Part shown: positions 60,808 to 64,000 of the stretch, one piece after another
Position numbering within the stretch: the stretch's first letter is position 1
Layout of the letters: each line of letters opens with the position of its first letter
Made by a program: the position numbers and the translations under genes
Notes under the pieces: model-generated
What the model saw: only the letters and a program-made list of their open reading frames with translations
Told to the model about the DNA's origin: nothing
Database searches by the model: none
Source: Patescibacteria group bacterium
GTDB lineage: Bacteria > Patescibacteriota > Minisyncoccia > Phycocordibacterales > Phycocordibacteraceae
Assembly: GCA_019744845.1 (NCBI GenBank)
Contig: JAIETW010000001.1
Coordinates: 482,859 to 546,858 of the forward strand
Length of the DNA stretch: 64,000 nt
Direction of reading: 5' to 3'

Positions 60808-61302
60808 ATGGCTAAGAAAGAAGTAGAAGCGCTTGAGCGCGAGGAAGAGCTTGAAGCGGACCACGCAGAAATGCGGGTCTACGAGCTCGGTTTTCACATT
60901 GATCCTGAGCTCTCTCAGGAGGAGGTAAAGAAGGTATACCAGGGCATTAAGGACGTCATTGAGGGTGTCGGGGAGGTTGTTGCCGAGGGTACACCAGAGA
61001 AGATCCAGCTTGCCTACACCATTTCTCGCATGGAGCATGCAGGTCGCCACGACTTTGATAACAGCCAGTTTGCATGGATTGCATACGAGACTGATGGCGC
61101 AGGACACGAGAAGATAGCTGCAGCAGCACGCGCAGAGACCCGTATCTTCCGTTTCCTTGATATCCGCACTACCAAGGAGGAAGCAAAGCACTCTGCAGAG
61201 GTCGCTGAAATGATGCGCCAGGCTGCAACCGAGCAGGAGACCGTAGAAGAGGAAGTGTCTGAGACTGAACTAGACGCCGCTCTTAAGGAGGTGGGAGTGT
61301 AG
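60808..61302 (+). CDS. rpsF: 30S ribosomal protein S6 (with N- and C-terminal charged extensions)
   Basis: The core MRVYELGFHIDPELSQEEVKKVYQGIKDVIEGVGEVV...KIQLAYTI...AETRIFRFLDIRTTKE fits the S6 pattern. Start may be the internal MRVYELG. Confidence 0.75.
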   Translation: MAKKEVEALEREEELEADHAEMRVYELGFHIDPELSQEEVKKVYQGIKDVIEGVGEVVAEGTPEKIQLAYTISRMEHAGRHDFDNSQFAWIAYETDGAGHEKIAAAARAETRIFRFLDIRTTKEEAKHSAEVAEMMRQAATEQETVEEEVSETELDAALKEVGV

Positions 61303-61315
61303 TAGAATAGAGGAT

Positions 61316-61759
61316 ATGTACTTGAACAAGGTACAACTCTACGGAAACCTTACCCGCGACCCGGAGATGCGTTCGCTACCCTCTGGTCAGGCAGTCGCTA
61401 ACTTTGCGATCGCCACGAACCGTACCTACAAGGACAAGAACGGTGCGAAGCAGGAGCAGACTGAATTTCATAACGTCGTTGCCTTTGGTCGCCAGGCTGA
61501 GGTGATTGGCCAGTACATGAAGAAGGGCCGCCCAATGTTTGTGGAGGGCCGTATCCAGACCCGCTCATGGGAGAAGGATGGTGCAAAGCAGTACCGTACC
61601 GAGATCGTAGTAGAGAGCTTCCAGTTCGGTGCAGGGGGCGGGGGAGAGGGCGGTAGCCGTGCTCCTCAGCAGGATATGGACCAGTCAGCACCAGCTGACA
61701 CAGGGGACCAGATTCAGTACCCGGACGAGGACATCAATCCGGAGGACATTCCGTTTTAA
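61316..61759 (+). CDS. ssb: Single-stranded DNA-binding protein
   Basis: OB-fold MYLNKVQLYGNLTRDPEMR...FHNVVAFGRQAEV. Gly-rich linker. C-terminal acidic tip DEDINPEDIPF. Confidence 0.9.
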   Translation: MYLNKVQLYGNLTRDPEMRSLPSGQAVANFAIATNRTYKDKNGAKQEQTEFHNVVAFGRQAEVIGQYMKKGRPMFVEGRIQTRSWEKDGAKQYRTEIVVESFQFGAGGGGEGGSRAPQQDMDQSAPADTGDQIQYPDEDINPEDIPF

Positions 61760-61804
61760 TAGGTTTTTGACAGGGCAGACCCTTTAGAGTAAGGTACTTC
61801 AACT

Positions 61805-62011
61805 ATGGCATACCAGGCAGAACGCGAAGAGGTTGAGCACAAGAAGTTTGTGGACTACAAGGACATTCCGTACCTTCGTCTTTTCACCAACCCACACGCA
61901 AAGATGCTTTCTAAGAAGCGCACGGGACTCAATGCAGCCCAGCAGCGCAAAGTAGCGATGGCAATCAAGCGAGCCCGCTACATGGGACTCCTCCCATACC
62001 TCGCAGCCTAA
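61805..62011 (+). CDS. rpsR: 30S ribosomal protein S18
   Basis: FVDYKDIPYLRLFTNPHAKMLSKKRTGLNAAQQRKVAMAIKRARYMGLLPY matches the S18 consensus. Canonical rpsF-ssb-rpsR order. Confidence 0.9.
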   Translation: MAYQAEREEVEHKKFVDYKDIPYLRLFTNPHAKMLSKKRTGLNAAQQRKVAMAIKRARYMGLLPYLAA

Positions 62012-62019
62012 CGAACCAA

Positions 62020-62039
62020 CCGCCCGAAAGGGCGGTTTT
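62020..62039. terminator. Rho-independent (bidirectional) terminator
   Basis: CCGCCC-GAAA-GGGCGG hairpin followed by TTTT. Separates rpsR from the convergent minus-strand genes. Confidence 0.6.
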
Positions 62040-62478
62040 ACGTATTACGTTCTGAGCGCTCTATTAATTCTGATGCACCTAAAAGAGCGAGGGCTAAGAG
62101 TCCGTATAGTGCTGAATATAGAACTGCAAAGCCACGGGTATCAAGAAGAGTAAAACCAAACCCCCCCATACCGTATCCGAGCTCCGGGATAGTTATCATA
62201 AGAATAGAGACAATTACTCCGTATACGACAGAAAACACAATCCATCGCCGGTATGTCTTAGGAGAGCTAAAGAAGGCTAGTATAGAGAAAGTTAAAAGCG
62301 TTGCAGAAAGAGAAAGCAGGGCTGCAGCATACGGATACCACAGAGGCGACGCGCAAACCGTGACGCCGTCTCCTCTGTCGTGAGTTTGGCAGAAGCCAAA
62401 CCACTCTGGCCATATAGAGTACACGGCAAATAGTGTGCTGATAGACGCAATGATAATTGGTATAACCTTAAGTTTCAT
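62038..62478 (-). CDS. Hypothetical integral membrane protein (low-GC segment)
   Basis: 146 aa with 4 TM helices. Lower GC than the core genome. Confidence 0.45.
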   Translation of the reverse strand: MKLKVIPIIIASISTLFAVYSIWPEWFGFCQTHDRGDGVTVCASPLWYPYAAALLSLSATLLTFSILAFFSSPKTYRRWIVFSVVYGVIVSILMITIPELGYGMGGFGFTLLDTRGFAVLYSALYGLLALALLGASELIERSERNT

Positions 62479-62485
62479 ATGGCCA

Positions 62486-63964
62486 TTATACTTCCTTCCA
62501 GAAAGTGAGCAGGCCTAGTATCCACCAAATGAAGGACCTTATCGCTTCTATGAAAAACTTGAAGACAGAATTCACTGCGTCGTAAACAGAAGCAGTTTGA
62601 CTTTGGTGTACTGGATCCTCTAGTTCTGTAGAGACTTCAATATCAAATGGTGTTGGAGAGAGTGCTTTCTTTATAGTAGGAACGACTGCTGAAGGTCCTA
62701 ACAAGTCGCCATCAGGCTGTGCTGCCTGGACTACAATTTCTGTGTTGGATTCTTCAGGTTTTCGTTCCGTCTGCATTACTCTAGAAGAGTGTTTGATAGG
62801 GGCTTCTATAAACGGAGTTTCATAAATAACCGTTTCATTTTCTTCAAAAGCAATTGTAATGTCAGTTTCTCCATCACCGTCTTCGTCTAACGATAATGGG
62901 GAAATGGAACTCGCATCATGATCAATTGTCGTAGAAGCATAAGTTCGGGGAGTTACTGGGAGATTTGTAATTACAGAAGCTTCATTTTTACTCTCAGAAT
63001 CTACAATTTTTATTGTAAATACACCGTCATCTATGCCGTATATAGAGACTTCGTATTCGTTGGTAGCAGGAGCAATTATATATTTACCCTCACCACCGAA
63101 TTTCACCGCTGAGTTTGGTATATCTTCTATAATGTAATAAAGGTCGCTGTCGGGGACTGGAAAGATTCCGGTCTTCTTTCCTTCTTTGTTTGTGAGGGAG
63201 ATAATTACTGGAGAATGCACGCTTACAGAAATAAGATCCTGTTCTACGTTCGGTTCTTGAGAAGAAAAAAGACTTTCGTTATAGGACTCTTTGGTTCCGA
63301 AAAGATACAAGAAATATTCATGGATTCGTGAGGATTCAGTAAGGTTTTCATGTTTCCGATATTCTTGGAAGTCGTTACTTAAACGGTAAAGATTAAAATA
63401 AACACCACTTTCCATAAAAAGAGCACTAGGTGCTACTACTGTGTCGTCACCAGTGAATGTTGTTATAGGTTCGTAATCTATTGTTTCATGGAGACCGCAA
63501 GAAAGAACTCCAGAAGGACATGAGTAGCTGCTTTCTGTGTAGTATTTAGCTCCAGTCACGGTTATGTTTCCCCAACCAGCAATTTCATTAATAGAAACGT
63601 CTTCGGGGGCTTCCCAGCTATCAAGCAAGACGTGAGTGTCCGCTGCTCGTGTGATCAAGGATAAAGAAAGAGGGTGTGGGGTTTCTTCATCATTTATAGC
63701 GGGAGGTGTCCTAGTGAATGGGTCATTCAACATAAACGCCAACGACATAAAAGAATCCTTTATTTCTTTCCCTAAAGCTGCCACATAGATGTCTGTTGCT
63801 GTTCCAGATTCAAATATTGCTAGGGGGTTAGAAAGAAGCGAAAAATATGAATCCGAAGGGAGTAGCGCATAAGCGCCCGGCATAGTCATTGCGCTCCGAC
63901 GTGCCTCTCCGTTAAGAGCAATATAGGGAGGAACGATATTATGTCCATGGAGAAGCCCTAGCAT
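62486..63964 (-). CDS. Hypothetical large secreted/surface protein (3' portion; continues beyond the window)
   Basis: Open for at least 492 aa, with no start codon inside the window. C-terminal TM anchor (IWWILGLLTFW). Asp/Glu/Thr-rich, Cys pairs, low GC. Confidence 0.45.
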   Translation of the reverse strand: MLGLLHGHNIVPPYIALNGEARRSAMTMPGAYALLPSDSYFSLLSNPLAIFESGTATDIYVAALGKEIKDSFMSLAFMLNDPFTRTPPAINDEETPHPLSLSLITRAADTHVLLDSWEAPEDVSINEIAGWGNITVTGAKYYTESSYSCPSGVLSCGLHETIDYEPITTFTGDDTVVAPSALFMESGVYFNLYRLSNDFQEYRKHENLTESSRIHEYFLYLFGTKESYNESLFSSQEPNVEQDLISVSVHSPVIISLTNKEGKKTGIFPVPDSDLYYIIEDIPNSAVKFGGEGKYIIAPATNEYEVSIYGIDDGVFTIKIVDSESKNEASVITNLPVTPRTYASTTIDHDASSISPLSLDEDGDGETDITIAFEENETVIYETPFIEAPIKHSSRVMQTERKPEESNTEIVVQAAQPDGDLLGPSAVVPTIKKALSPTPFDIEVSTELEDPVHQSQTASVYDAVNSVFKFFIEAIRSFIWWILGLLTFWKEV

Positions 63965-64000
63965 CCCTTGAGGAGTTCCTACCTGAGGAGTTCCGACGAG

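Noticed and set aside
1-64000. CRISPR arrays or other long tandem repeats
   Set aside because: No regularly spaced direct repeats were seen. The only short repeats are codon-level (GTCGCT x3 near 3100; acidic GA(C/G)-rich repeats 10760-10900 and in polA 17320-17360).

Overview
This 64 kb window looks like the replication-origin neighbourhood (rpmH-rnpA-yidC divergent from dnaA-dnaN) of a small-genome bacterium. Most genes are compact housekeeping genes: DNA replication and repair (dnaA, dnaN, polA, holA-like, ruvA, ruvB, ruvC, ruvX, recO, ssb), four aminoacyl-tRNA synthetases (argS, ileS, glyQS, metG), a nucleotide/folate cluster (thyA-dcd-MTHFS-folA, tmk, glyA, guaA), type IV pilus parts (pilB, pilMNO), ribosomal proteins, secE-nusG-rplK and nine tRNAs. 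Several traits are consistent with a CPR/Patescibacteria-like lineage: many small secreted or membrane proteins of unknown function, a short YebC, and no rplA after rplK. That assignment is inference, not shown by the sequence.

The standout feature is a ~4 kb AT-rich insertion at about 22.7-26.7 kb, bracketed by two near-identical tRNA-Arg genes. Its composition is clearly foreign to the GC-richer surroundings and it has no integrase. It carries a tightly packed three-gene plus-strand operon behind a sigma-70-like promoter whose -35 sits inside a perfect 10-bp inverted-repeat operator. The last gene encodes a 939-aa chimeric protein. It has an N-terminal Hsp90/MORC-like GHKL (Bergerat-fold) ATPase, a sigma-70 region-4 HTH near the C-terminus, and a terminal domain clearly homologous to DnaA domain IV, the DnaA-box-binding domain. 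I could not match this architecture to any described system. It is the best candidate here for a novel element-encoded system that targets DnaA boxes or oriC, or acts in defence.

Other points of interest: IleRS with an inserted histidine-phosphatase (PGM-family) domain; a candidate oriC between dnaA and dnaN; a zur-zupT pair with a perfect palindromic operator; a structured ~200-nt leader or ncRNA candidate upstream of a hypothetical gene; and a second low-GC segment at the 3' end of the window.
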